Positions 48,607 to 58,790 are shown, counted from the stretch's first letter. The stretch: 64,000 bases of DNA from Vicinamibacteria bacterium (GCA_963743245.1 CAVUPP010000020.1:768167-832166), one strand, 5' to 3'. The notes: generated by a model not told the origin, from the sequence alone. Translations and numbers: made by a program.

Positions 48607-49959
48607 ATGACTGGTGCAATCACGTCACGGCGGGTGACATGGCTGACAGTGGCACTCGTAGCCTGCCTGCTGCCGCTTCTCGTGAGCAATATGGTGAGCG
48701 GCCAGGCCTCGTCGCGCGATCAGCGTCGCCGCACAAGGTTCACTCCGACGGCGCAAGTGGATCCCGAGGCGCCGTCGTCAATCGCGCCGGCTGCCGCGCC
48801 GACGGCCGCACCTGCGGGATTCTCGAATCTGACGAACGGTTTCGATCCTCAGGGGCCCGATTTCAACACGTTGAACGAAGACACGGCGGTGGCGCTCCGA
48901 TCGTTCAACGACAATCGCTTCACGTTCGAGGAGACCGAGACAGTGACTGACGGACTGGGACCGACATACAACGCCCAGAGTTGCCGCGAGTGTCACCAGA
49001 ACATCGTGACGGGAGGGGCGAGCCAGGTGACGGTGTTGCGCGCGGGTCACCTGACCGGCGGACAGTTTTTCGAGTCACAGGGCGGATCGCTCATTCAGTC
49101 GCGGGCGACGCATCCCGACGTGAGTGAGAATCTCACGGCCGCCGACAGCATCCGCGCCTTCCGGATCTCGCCCAACACGCTCGGCGACGGGTTCGTCGAG
49201 GCCATCTCCAACACAACGCTCATGAACATTCGTGCGGCGCAGCCCTCAACCATGCGAGGTCTTGCCGTCGTGGTGCCGGTACTCGAGGCCAACGGCACCG
49301 GCCGGATCGGTCGCTTCGGCTGGAAGGGACAGCACGCGAGCCTCGAGTCGTTTGCTGCGGACGCCTATCTGAATGAAATGGGCATCACGAGCCCGCTGCT
49401 ACCCGACGAGAACACCGCCAACGGACGGGACGTGGCGCCGTACGACACGAAGCCCGACCCCGAAGACGACGGCGACGATGTCAAGGCGTTCGCGAACTTC
49501 ATGCGCGCGACCATGGTGCCGCCGCGGGGAGCGATCACGGCGACCGTGACGTCTGGCGAGCAGGTGTTCAACCGCATCGGCTGCGCCACGTGCCACGTCG
49601 GCTCGATGATCACGGCGCCGGCGAATACATCGATCAACGGCGGCGCGATGATCGTTCCCGCCGCGCTCGGGAACAAGGTGATCCATCCATACAGCGACTT
49701 CCTGCTGCACGATGTCGGCACGGGAGACGGCATTCCAATCCAGCCGACCGCGGAGTTCGCCAACACGGCGAATCGGATGCGGACCGCGCCGCTCTGGGGA
49801 TTGCGAACGAGAAACCGGATGATGCACGACGGGACGGCGCTCACGCCTGAGGAAGCCATCCTCCGTCATGCGGGGCAGGCGGCCGGTGTGACTACGCGGT
49901 ACCGGGCGCTTTCGTCTGCCGAGAAGGCGCAGGTGGCGGCGTTCCTGAATTCGCTGTGA
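48607..49959 (+). CDS. Di-haem oxidoreductase / putative peroxidase (DUF1111-like)
   Basis: Has an AAGGAG ribosome-binding site 7 nt before the ATG at 48607 and a signal peptide. It carries two CxxCH motifs (CRECH and CATCH). Confidence 0.8.
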   Translation: MTGAITSRRVTWLTVALVACLLPLLVSNMVSGQASSRDQRRRTRFTPTAQVDPEAPSSIAPAAAPTAAPAGFSNLTNGFDPQGPDFNTLNEDTAVALRSFNDNRFTFEETETVTDGLGPTYNAQSCRECHQNIVTGGASQVTVLRAGHLTGGQFFESQGGSLIQSRATHPDVSENLTAADSIRAFRISPNTLGDGFVEAISNTTLMNIRAAQPSTMRGLAVVVPVLEANGTGRIGRFGWKGQHASLESFAADAYLNEMGITSPLLPDENTANGRDVAPYDTKPDPEDDGDDVKAFANFMRATMVPPRGAITATVTSGEQVFNRIGCATCHVGSMITAPANTSINGGAMIVPAALGNKVIHPYSDFLLHDVGTGDGIPIQPTAEFANTANRMRTAPLWGLRTRNRMMHDGTALTPEEAILRHAGQAAGVTTRYRALSSAEKAQVAAFLNSL

Positions 49960-49960
49960 C

Positions 49961-50059
49961 GGTCTAACTCTGGCAGTCTACGGTCTTCAGTCTGCGGTCC
50001 GCGTGTGGCAGCGGACGGCGTCGTGGCAGCCGAAGACCGTAGACTGAAGACTGCGGACC
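49961..50059. repeat. Inverted heptamer arrays (GTCTGCG family) between convergent genes; candidate bidirectional terminator
   Basis: AGTCTACGGTCTTC (49975-49988) is the perfect complement of GAAGACCGTAGACT (50032-50045). The flanking units are GGTCTAA, AGTCTGC and GGTCCGC on one side, and GAAGACT and GCGGACC on the other. Confidence 0.7.
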
Positions 50060-50061
50060 GA

Positions 50062-51213
50062 TCACGATCCCCCGAGTGTGAACGACAACGTCCAGGGCTT
50101 GAGCGGCGCGCCATCAGTCCCCGTGATGCCCTCGGCGAGCTCGACGACGACGATGCGGAAGCGTTCGAGCGGTGTCGCGAACTGGATGTTGAGCACGCGG
50201 GCTGCGGGATCGTACGTGAGGATCGGCTCGATACGCGGCGGCTGTGGCTCGCCACGCTCCGAGGACTGTTGTGCTGAGTAGCCGACGCGGATGTGGCCTT
50301 TCAGCGTCTCGGGATCGATGTCCCGTGAGAACTGCACGCGGACTCGCGTATTCAGCGGGACGTCGGTTTCGTCCTGCGTAGGCGCGCTGAAGAGGATCTC
50401 GGGCGAGATGGGTGGTGGAGGCGGAGCGGGCGCTTCCAGCGATACCTCTTTCTGCGCCGGGACTTCGTTGAGCGTCTCGGCGTCGATCCACACGAGGCCG
50501 CGGGCGGTCTTCACGACGCCGCTCACTTCGAGCCAGCGCCTCGTATCGATTCGCGAATCGGGGTTCATGACCCAACCGTGACCCTTGGATTGTTTCCCGA
50601 TCACCCAGAGCGCGGCATCGCCGGACTTGACGACGAACTCGCCTTTCCCCTGTGCGATCGGAGGAGCCTGCGGCAGATCGCCGTAGAGATTGCGTCCCCG
50701 GAACTGGCCGGTAACGGTGACCTTCTGATCCACGTAACGGAGCGGATCGAGGGCGAGCGCCCGGACACTGGGCGCCGTCAAGGGATCGGCACGTTCGAAA
50801 CTCGTTGCACGTAACACGACGACCTCGCCCTGGCGAGGCCAGCGATCCGCCGTGTCGACGCCGAGTTGGTGCAGATCGACACCGGACAGGCGCGGATCGT
50901 TCTGTTCGAGCCGTCCGATGTCGAGCACTTCGCCACGAACGTAGTACTCACCGGCCCCGGTGGGAAGGTGCTCGCGCGTCAGTAGACGCAGCGTCTCGTC
51001 CCCCGAAGCGACGGCAGGATGCGTCTCGATGTCCTTGATCTCACCGCGGATGAGCACCGGCTGCGAGTGGTAGAAGCCGGGAAACGTGTGAATGGCCGTG
51101 ACTGTGGCCACACGGCGCGTACCCGGCTGCGCACTGGCGATGCAAGGCAATCCGAGCAGCACGACCAGGAGCAACGTGCCGGAAACGAGGTGTCGTGTCA
51201 CCGAAAGGCGCAT
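50062..51213 (-). CDS. Secreted hypothetical protein with a C-terminal SbsA-Ig/Big_5-like domain
   Basis: Has a signal peptide. The C-terminus reads PTQDETDVPLNTRVRVQFSRDIDPETL...LAEGITGTDGAPL. Its start lies 3 nt after the corrected OPT stop codon. Confidence 0.6.
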   Translation of the reverse strand: MRLSVTRHLVSGTLLLVVLLGLPCIASAQPGTRRVATVTAIHTFPGFYHSQPVLIRGEIKDIETHPAVASGDETLRLLTREHLPTGAGEYYVRGEVLDIGRLEQNDPRLSGVDLHQLGVDTADRWPRQGEVVVLRATSFERADPLTAPSVRALALDPLRYVDQKVTVTGQFRGRNLYGDLPQAPPIAQGKGEFVVKSGDAALWVIGKQSKGHGWVMNPDSRIDTRRWLEVSGVVKTARGLVWIDAETLNEVPAQKEVSLEAPAPPPPPISPEILFSAPTQDETDVPLNTRVRVQFSRDIDPETLKGHIRVGYSAQQSSERGEPQPPRIEPILTYDPAARVLNIQFATPLERFRIVVVELAEGITGTDGAPLKPWTLSFTLGGS

Positions 51214-51216
51214 CGT

Positions 51217-53224
51217 TCAGTTCGCCAGCGACCGCAGGGCGCGCCGAACAAGGAGCGTGCACAGGACGGCGAACGCTGCCGTGGCGATCGATCGTACCGC
51301 CGGGCTCGCCCAGGGCCTGCTGCATGGATTCCCCGAAGCCTCCCAACGCCACCGGTGAAAATTGGACGATGAACACGATCAGAAGGCCGGCGATCGAACC
51401 GCCCGCCACCAGTCCTGTCGCAAACAGCATCCCCGACGACACCTCGCTGTCTTCGGCATGGCCGCGGATTCGATCCGCCAGCCAGCGCATGCTGCCGCCG
51501 ACGAAGATCGGAAATGTGGTCGAGATGGGGAGGTAGGCGCCTACGGCCCAGGCGAGTCCGCTCACACCGCAGAGCTGGACCATGACCGCCAGTGCGCCGC
51601 CGACGAAGATGAATCCCCACGGCAGATCCCGCGACAGGACGCCCTGGATGATCGTCGCCATCAGCGTCCCCTGCGGCGCGGGCAGCCGATCCGATCCAAT
51701 CGGCCCCCACGCCGAGTGGTGCATGCCGATCAACGTGAATCCGATCACCGACACCGACACGAGCACGCCGATCACGAGGCCGATCTGCTGGTGGAGCGGC
51801 GTCGCGCCGACGATGAAGCCGGTCTTCAGATCCTGCGAGGTGGCGCCGGCGTTCGCGGCCGCGATACAGACGATTGCGCCCACCGACAGCGCCGCGGCCT
51901 GTGCGGCGGCCTGCTTCGCCGGATCGTCGGCCCAGCCGGCGAGCACGAAGATGAGGCACGTGCCGAGCAGTGTCGCAATCGTCATTCCCGAGACAGGATT
52001 CGACGAGGTGCCGATCAGTCCGACGATGCGCGACGAGACGGCGACGAAGAAGAAGCCGAAGACGACGATGAGGAGACTGACGAGGAACGCCCACGGGAAG
52101 CCGACCGGCATCCGTTGAATCAGCGGGATCAACACGGCCAGTCCGACGGAGCCGAAGGCGACGTACGTAATCGGAATGTCCCGTTCGGTCCGCAGCTGGC
52201 CTCCGGCAGCAAGACCTCCGCGCAGCTCGCGCACCGAATCACGCACGGACGCGTAGATCGTCGGCAGCGTCCGCATCAGCGTCATCACACCGGCCATCGC
52301 AACGGCGCCGGCGCCGATGTAGCGGACGTAGGCGCGGTAGATCCAGTTCGCGTGGCTGTTCGCGTCCATCCAGCCCTGTGTGAATCCCAGCTTGAGGAGA
52401 TCGGCCTTGATCGTCTCTTCGGGAACGAGCATCGAGAGCAGGGGAATGAGCGCCAGCCACGAGAGCACGCTGCCCGACACCATGATGCCCGAGATGCGCG
52501 GTCCGATGATGTAGCCAACGCCCAGATATTCAGGCGTGATCTCGCTCGTGAGCGTCGCGTTCTTGTAGGCGCCCGCCGGCCCGGTCGAAATCAGCCGCGG
52601 CACTTCGCGCCACAGCGCGAAGAGCTTGTTCGCCAGTGCGTAGAAGAATGCGGTCCAGAAGCCGGCGAACACCGTCTTGGCCATCTCGCCGCCGCGTTCG
52701 CCTGCGATCAGCACCTCCGCGCACGCGGACCCTTCCGGGTACGGCAGCTGCCCGTGCTCCTTGACGATGAGCGCACGCCGCAGCGGCACCATCATCAGGA
52801 TGCCGAGAATCCCGCCGACAGACGCGAGCGTCACGATCTGCAGAATGTTGAAGTATTCCTTGGCGCCGCCGCTGGCAATGAACAGGAACGCAGGAATCGT
52901 GAACACCACGCCCGAGGCGATGGACTCGCCAGCCGATCCGATCGTCTGGACAATGTTGTTCTCGAGGATGGTGGACTTGCTGAAGCGTTTGAAAACCGCA
53001 ATGGCGAGGACGGCAATCGGAATCGAGGCCGACACCGTCAGGCCGGCCCTCAGCGCCAGGTAGACCGTCACCGCGCCGAAGATGACGCCGAAGATGGCGC
53101 CGAGCACGATCGCCTTGAGTGTGAACTCCGCTGGTGATTCGGATGCGGGAACGTACGGCTGAAATGCGTTGTTCGGTGCGGCGGTCGCGGTCGTCGATGG
53201 CGCGGAAGTCGCGGGTTTGGCCAT
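51217..53224 (-). CDS. OPT-family oligopeptide transporter; apparent 1-nt insertion near the 3' end
   Basis: Starts MAKPATS and is polytopic, with GVGYIIGPRISG and LKTGFIVGATP. The frame changes at about 51285-51296, giving a hydrophobic tail ...ATAAFAVLCTLLVRRALRSLAN with a stop at 51217. Confidence 0.75.
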
Positions 53225-53230
53225 GGCCGC

Positions 53231-53277
53231 GGATTGTAGCAGGGCCCCGCCCCGCGTACAATCCGTCCCAGGATTGT
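53231..53277. promoter_or_regulatory. Overlapping divergent promoters (rex / OPT) plus an operator-like palindrome
   Basis: Plus strand: TTGTAG (53234) -N17- TACAAT (53257). Minus strand: TTGTAC (53261-53256) -N17- TACAAT (53238-53233), which sits 8 nt before the OPT ATG. In addition, ACAATCC-N6-GGATTGT (53258-53277) overlaps the rex start. Confidence 0.4.
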
Positions 53278-53950
53278 GAAAAGCAGGAACAAACCTCGGC
53301 CGAGCCCGGAACAGGTCTCCGAGCTCACGACCAACCGCCTCTCGATTTATCTGCGCTGCCTCACCGAGCTCGAGGCCACGCACGTGGATACCATCTCGTC
53401 GCAGGGCCTGGCGGAGCGCTTTCACCTGAACGCCGCCCAGATCAGGAAAGACCTGGCATGGTTCGGCGAGTTCGGTGTCCGTGGCGTCGGCTACTACGTC
53501 AAGGATCTCCGTCGCCATCTGCGGACGATCCTCGGTCTCGATCGGCGGCTCCGCGTGGCGATCATGGGCGCGGGGAATCTGGGACTCGCGCTCGCGGACT
53601 ATCCCGGCTTCCGTCAGGAAGGCTTCGAGATCGTCGCGCTGTTCGACACCTTGAACGACAAGGTTGGACAGGTGTCGCGAAGCGGCGTGGCCATCCACGA
53701 CATCCGGCAGTTCAAGCGGATCGTCCGGCACGAACGCGTCGGCATCGCCGTCATCGCCGTCCCGGCCGGTGCCGCCCAGCAGGTGGTGAACCTGGTCGTC
53801 GCCGCCGGAATCAAAGCGATCCTCAACTTCTCTCCCGGCACGCTGTCGGTTCCGGGGGATGTGAAGCTCAAGAGCGTTGACTTGACCGTTTCGCTCGAGA
53901 GCCTGTCGTTCTTCCTCGCGCGCGGTGAAGGCGCTTCACATGAGGCGTAA
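53276..53950 (+). CDS. rex: Redox-sensing transcriptional repressor Rex
   Basis: Contains TTNRLSIYLRCL...ISSQGLAE...NAAQIRKDLAWFGEFGVRGVGY and the Rossmann segment VAIMGAGNLG. Confidence 0.9.
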   Translation: MKSRNKPRPSPEQVSELTTNRLSIYLRCLTELEATHVDTISSQGLAERFHLNAAQIRKDLAWFGEFGVRGVGYYVKDLRRHLRTILGLDRRLRVAIMGAGNLGLALADYPGFRQEGFEIVALFDTLNDKVGQVSRSGVAIHDIRQFKRIVRHERVGIAVIAVPAGAAQQVVNLVVAAGIKAILNFSPGTLSVPGDVKLKSVDLTVSLESLSFFLARGEGASHEA

Positions 53951-54485
53951 AAAAGCCGTCCGACCATCGTCTTCGCGCCGCGTCCCCACGCGATCAGGGG
54001 CTGCGGCACTCACGCACGTCGCTCAGGATGGCTCGGTGCAGATGGTGGACGTGGCGGCGAAAGCGGTGACCGCTCGCGAAGCCATCGCCGCTGGACACGT
54101 CACCGTCAACGCATCAGCGCGCCGGCTCGTCCGGCAGGGGCAGATCAAGAAGGGGAATCCCCTCGAAGTGGCGCGCGTGGCGGGCATCCTGGCGGCCAAG
54201 CGTACCGCCGAGATCATTCCGCTCTGCCATCCACTCCCGCTCAGCCACGTCGCGATCGATATCGCGCCGGTGAAAGATGGTTATCGCATCACCGCGACCG
54301 TGCGCACGACGGCACAGACCGGCGTCGAGATGGAAGCGCTGACGGCCGTGTCAGCCGCGGCCCTGACCGTCTACGACATGCTCAAGGCCGTGGATCGCGA
54401 GATGGTGATCGGTGAGATCTGTTTGCTCGAGAAGCGAGGTGGACGCACCGGAGAGTACGTGCGGGGCCAAAGGCCAAAGGCCTAA
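53925..54485 (+). CDS. moaC: Cyclic pyranopterin monophosphate synthase MoaC
   Basis: Contains MVDV..K..T.R.A and IIPLCHPLPLSHV...TGVEMEALTAVSAAALTVYDM. An alternative start at 53940 is possible. The last codons and the stop codon lie inside a repeat array. Confidence 0.88.
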   Translation: MKALHMRRKKAVRPSSSRRVPTRSGAAALTHVAQDGSVQMVDVAAKAVTAREAIAAGHVTVNASARRLVRQGQIKKGNPLEVARVAGILAAKRTAEIIPLCHPLPLSHVAIDIAPVKDGYRITATVRTTAQTGVEMEALTAVSAAALTVYDMLKAVDREMVIGEICLLEKRGGRTGEYVRGQRPKA

Positions 54486-54506
54486 AGCCCAGACCCAAAG
54501 CCTACG
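54465..54506. repeat. Heptamer array, AAAGCCC family
   Basis: Reads GGCCAAA GGCCAAA GGCCTAA AGCCCAG ACCCAAA GCCTAC. It spans the stop codons of the convergent moaC and CDF genes. Confidence 0.85.
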
Positions 54507-55387
54507 TCTGTGCGGCCCATCCGACCGGCGGTGGCTCGATGTGGATGACCGCATCGGCAATCTGCGGATAGCGCTCGATCAACCGATCCTTGACCACGTG
54601 TGACACCGCGTGGGCATCGTCGAGGCGCATATCGGGCTTGAGCCAGACGTGGAGATCCAGGAACACGTAGTCCGATGACCCGCGTGTTCGGATGTGATGC
54701 GCGCCAAGGACACCTGGCACGCTCAAGACCACCTGCCGCAGGGCGTCCTCGCCGATGACGATGTGATCGGCCAGGATGTACGAGCGTAGACAGTGCGATC
54801 TCGACTCCCGCGCGTCCGATGAATCCGACGACGATGAAGGCGGCGATCGGATCGAGGAGCGGGATGCCGGCGGCCATGCCGGCCAGTGCCGCGATGACCG
54901 TCAGCGACGTGAACACGTCACTCTTGGTATGCGTCGAGTCCGCGACGAGAACCTCGCTCGAGAGCTCGCGTCCCTTTCGCCGCTCGTAGGTCGCGACGAT
55001 CAGGTTTATCGCCAGCGTCGCGATCAGGACACCGAAAGTCAGGCTCGTGATCTGGGGCGGTTGCGGATGGCGTAACCGGTCGACCGCGGTCCGCAGGACT
55101 TCAACCATTACGAGCATCAGGAAGCCCGCAATGAGGCCGGCCGCGAGCGTCTCGAACTTGCGATGCCCGTAGGGATGGTCGCGGTCCGGTGGTTTGCGCG
55201 CGATGCGCACGCCGACCAGACCGACGACATTGGAGAGCGAGTCCGCGAGCGAGTGAAAGCCGTCCGACAGGATGCTGACGGCGCCCGTCACGAAGCCGAG
55301 CACAATCTTCGCCACCGCCACCGCCAGGTTGAGCACCAATACCTGGACGAGGACGACGACAACGGCGTTGTAACGGCGATCGGGCAC
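54502..55387 (-). CDS. Cation diffusion facilitator (CDF) family transporter; apparent 1-nt insertion
   Basis: Contains SILSDGFHSLADSLSN and HPYGHRKFE. The C-terminal domain reads VPGVLGAHHIRTRGSSDYVFLDLHV and lies in ORF 54502-54732. The join is at about 54776-54788. Confidence 0.75.
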
Positions 55388-55404
55388 GACGAGCCCGTGT
55401 CAGG

Positions 55405-56043
55405 TCAGAAGATGCGGGCGTGGGGCACGGGCCACCAGCGCACCTGCACCCGGCCGATGATGTATTTCTTGGGGACCATGCCCCAGTGCCGGCTGTCGGA
55501 GCTGTTGTTCCGATGGTCGCCCATCACGAAGTAATACCCTTCGGGCACGACCTGCGGACCGTAGTCGTCGTGACTGCGGTACTCGGGCGGTACGTAATCG
55601 TCTCTGAGCGGCACGTCGTTCACGTAGACGCGGCCGTCAACAATTCGCACGACGTCGTTCTCTTCAGCGATGACGCGCTTGACGAACGACTTCTCCGGAT
55701 TGATCGGGTAATAGAGCATCACGATATCGCCGCGGCGGGGATCCCCGATGCGATACGCGAGCTTGTTGACGATCAGGCGATCCTGGTCGGCCAGCGTCGG
55801 TGCCATGCTCTGGCCCTCGACGCGCGCCACCTGGAAGCCGAATGTCACGATGAGCGTGGCATACACCGCCGCCGAGAACAGCGTCTTGACCCACGCCACC
55901 AGCTCATCGCGCACCTGCGCGAGGGTGACGGCCGGGGCGTGCGCGGCCGGATCGGCCGGCGGCAGCAGAGCATCGACGCCTCCGCCGAATGCCTGGGGTG
56001 CGTCCGGCAGCTTGGGTGGTACAGACGGCAGAGCCTCCACCAC
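55405..56043 (-). CDS. lepB: Signal peptidase I
   Basis: Contains VEGQSMAPTL (the catalytic Ser box), GDIVMLYYP, SFVKRVIA and GDHRNNSSDSRHWG. Confidence 0.9.
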   Translation of the reverse strand: MVEALPSVPPKLPDAPQAFGGGVDALLPPADPAAHAPAVTLAQVRDELVAWVKTLFSAAVYATLIVTFGFQVARVEGQSMAPTLADQDRLIVNKLAYRIGDPRRGDIVMLYYPINPEKSFVKRVIAEENDVVRIVDGRVYVNDVPLRDDYVPPEYRSHDDYGPQVVPEGYYFVMGDHRNNSSDSRHWGMVPKKYIIGRVQVRWWPVPHARIF

Positions 56044-56116
56044 GGGCAGCGGGGCACAGGCGGGGGCGCCACTGGCGGTGGCCCCACGGTCGTGTCGAGG
56101 TGCAGCGCCTCAGGCG

Positions 56117-56893
56117 CTAGAGCTTCAGATACTCCCGGAGCCGCCGTGTTTGCGACCGGCTCACCGGAATCTCCGTGCCCTTCGCGTCCTTCATCCTGAG
56201 GATGTAATTCCTGCTGAACCAGGGCACTATCTCCTTGATCTTATTGATGTTGACGAGGTGCGAGCGATGCACGCGCCAGAACGTGGCGGGGTCGAGGCGC
56301 GCCTGCAGCTCATCGAGCGTCCGGAAATTGCACGTACCCGCAATTTGACCTGTAACTATATTAATCGACTCGTCCGCCATCGAGGCGAAGATTATCTCGT
56401 CGGCCTGTACCAGCAGGAACCGCTCGCCGGCCTTCACCGCGACCTGGTTCCGTTGCCCTTGCCGCCCCTCCACCAGTTGGACGATGCGTTCGAGCTGGTC
56501 GTTCAGTGGACGCTCTTCGACGCGCCGGCGGCGGGCACGCTGGACGGCGCCCTCCAGACGGTTCGCGTCTACCGGCTTGAGCAGGTAATCGACCGCGTTG
56601 ACCTCGAAGGCCTTGATCGCGTGCTCGTCGTACGCGGTGACGAACACGACAGCCGGCGGCCGCTCCTGTCCCGCGAGGACACGTGCGACTTCAAAGCCGG
56701 TGAAGCCTGGCATCTGCACGTCGAGAAACACCAGCTCCGGTACCAGCTTCGCAACCGCTTCGAGCGCCTCGGGGCCGTTACTGGCCTGCCCGATGATCTC
56801 CACACCGCCGACCTCGTCGAGCAGGTAGCAGAGCTCGTCTCGCGCCAGCTGCTCGTCGTCCACGACCAGGGCGCGAAGATCGCGATCAGGCAC
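56117..56893 (-). CDS. LytR/AlgR-family response regulator (REC + LytTR)
   Basis: The GTG at 56893 gives MPDRDLRALVVDDEQLARDEL. Also contains FLDVQMPGFTGFEV and the LytTR segment FWRVHRSHLVNINKI. The start overlaps the corrected kinase stop codon (GTGCCTGA). Confidence 0.85.
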   Translation of the reverse strand: MPDRDLRALVVDDEQLARDELCYLLDEVGGVEIIGQASNGPEALEAVAKLVPELVFLDVQMPGFTGFEVARVLAGQERPPAVVFVTAYDEHAIKAFEVNAVDYLLKPVDANRLEGAVQRARRRRVEERPLNDQLERIVQLVEGRQGQRNQVAVKAGERFLLVQADEIIFASMADESINIVTGQIAGTCNFRTLDELQARLDPATFWRVHRSHLVNINKIKEIVPWFSRNYILRMKDAKGTEIPVSRSQTRRLREYLKL

Positions 56894-58204
56894 TGGCCCG
56901 GACCTCGGTTGCCATATCGGGCAGCTCCATGCTGACCGACGTGCCCTGCCTCCGGGGTGCTCTTCAGCCGCAGCTGACAATGCTCGCCATAGATCACCCG
57001 TAACCGTTCGTTCACGTTGCTGAGTCCGATTCCACTCTGCAGCGCTTCGTCCAGGCGATCCGCGGTCATCCCCATCCCATCGTCGTGGACCTCGATGAAC
57101 ACGCCGCCCGGCCGCCGTTCGGTCCGGAGCAGAATCCGGCCTCCGCCGACCTTCCGCGACAGGCCGTGTTTGATCGAGTTCTCGACCAGCGGCTGCAGGA
57201 TCATGCTCGGGACGATGGTGTCCATGCTCGCGGGATCCACGTGCTTTTCGACGTGCAGTTGCGGCCCGAAGCGGATCAATTCGATGTCGAGGTACTCGTC
57301 GATCGACGTCAGTTCCTCGCTGAGGCGGACGAAGTGATCCTGGCTGCGCATGAGGCGCCGCAGCAGGCCGGACAGGCGGCTGACGACCATCCGCGCCGTT
57401 TCTGGCTGCGATCGGATCAGCGACGAGATCGACGTCAGCGTGTTGAAGAGGAAGTGGGGGTTGATCTGGTTGGCCAGGACCGACACGCGCGCTTCCATCA
57501 GGAGCTTCTCCTGCTCCTGCAGGCGATGTTCGATGCGGGCGTTGTTCCAGATCTTGATGGGCGTCGCGACGCACAGCACCGTGAAGAGGACCACGACGAC
57601 CAGATAAAGTGCCGTCGGCGCTTCGAGGTAGAAGAGGCGCTGGACGCCGAAGCGATGTCCAAGGGCCTGACGGAGCAGCGCCAGCGCAACTGGCGCCAGC
57701 AGCAGGACGACCTGCCAATCGACTTCCGCGTTCCGCAGCAGCCGCCAGAGCCGTCGCGGCAGCGACGAGAACACGAACGGCGAGAAGTGCCAGATGGCTT
57801 CCTTCGGACACAGTTCGCGGAGGCCGCCGCCGGCGAAGCCGCAGCCGACGGCAAACGGCAGGGCAATGAATTCACCGGCGATGAGCGCGGGACCCGCAAC
57901 GGCGGCCCCGACAATGGCGCCGGCGTAGGGTCCGCCAATCAGATCCGACGAGGAACGGTCCTTCGAGCGTGAGATCCGCCGCGTCGTAGCGGAGGAGGAT
58001 CCGCGAGGCGACGCCGCCGACGAGCGGCACGGCCAGCGCAAACGCGAAGATCAGGCGATCCCGCAGGCCGCGCCGCTCGAAAATCAGGATGTGCCGGAAG
58101 CGCCGGTACCGCACCAGCATCGTCGCCAGCAGGGCCATGACGGCCAGCTTGAAGACGAGCGTGGTGAGCAGGATCTGGTCGGCGGTCAGGAATCGTGGCT
58201 GCAC
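56886..58204 (-). CDS. LytS-type sensor histidine kinase (5TM-LYT + His_kinase + HATPase_c); two apparent 1-nt insertions
   Basis: The N-terminal TM region is in ORF 57872-58204. Contains QINPHFLFNTL and LVENSIKHG. The frame changes at about 57945-57960 and at about 56944 (a GGG run). The corrected end is ...STPEAGTSVSMELP..., with a stop at 56886. Confidence 0.75.
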
Positions 58205-58273
58205 GGGCGGATGCTTCGACTATACACCCGGCCAGGAGGCCGTTCCGGGAGGGGCCGTCGAGCCGGAAATGGT

Positions 58274-58735
58274 ATGATCGACCATATGTTGCGCGAGTTT
58301 GCCATCGGGTTTGCCACCACCTTCAAACACATCTTCCGGAAGCCGATCACGGTCAGCTACCCCGACCAGAAGATGCCGATGTTCCCGAAGTACCGAGGCA
58401 AACAGGTGCTGATGCGGGACGAGAACGGGCTGGAGAAGTGCGTGGCGTGCGGCCTGTGCGCCGTGGCGTGTCCGGCGGACGCCATCTACCTCGAGGCGGC
58501 GGAGAACGACGGCAGCATCCAGGCGGGACCGCGGTACGCGAAGGTCTACCAGATCCACAAGACGCGGTGCATCTTCTGCGGCTACTGCGAGGAAGCCTGT
58601 CCGGTGTCGGCCATCTTCATGGGCAAGGACTACGAGCTCGCGGTCTACAGCAAAGACGACTTCATCTGGGACAAGCAGGACCTGCTCGTGCCTGCCGCTG
58701 TGACGCCGGCGTCCACGCCGGCCGCACGGGAGTAG
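58274..58735 (+). CDS. nuoI: NADH-quinone oxidoreductase subunit I, not flanked by other nuo genes
   Basis: Contains FKHIFRKPITVSYPDQK and two 4Fe-4S motifs, CVACGLCAVACP and CIFCGYCEEACP. The ATG at 58274 lies inside a longer track ORF. Confidence 0.85.
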   Translation: MIDHMLREFAIGFATTFKHIFRKPITVSYPDQKMPMFPKYRGKQVLMRDENGLEKCVACGLCAVACPADAIYLEAAENDGSIQAGPRYAKVYQIHKTRCIFCGYCEEACPVSAIFMGKDYELAVYSKDDFIWDKQDLLVPAAVTPASTPAARE

Positions 58736-58790
58736 CGACCGGACGATCCGGACGCCTCCGGACCGTCCCTCGGCTGGCCGGGAGTCCGCC

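Noticed and set aside
51362-53137. Long antisense or shadow ORFs such as 51362-53137 (+), 59444-61366 (-), 21985-23205 (-), 36360-37325 (+) and 25409-26064 (+)
   Set aside because: These are Arg/Ala/Pro/Gly-rich translations typical of off-frame or antisense ORFs in high-GC DNA. Each lies opposite to, or out of frame with, a gene that has clear family motifs.
53225-53290. A canonical Rex operator (TTGTGAA-N6-TTCACAA) in the rex/OPT spacer
   Set aside because: TTGTGAAAAGCAGGAACAA at the rex start matches only the left half and the terminal ACAA. It is not a convincing full site, so I report only the different ACAATCC-N6-GGATTGT palindrome, as a hypothesis.
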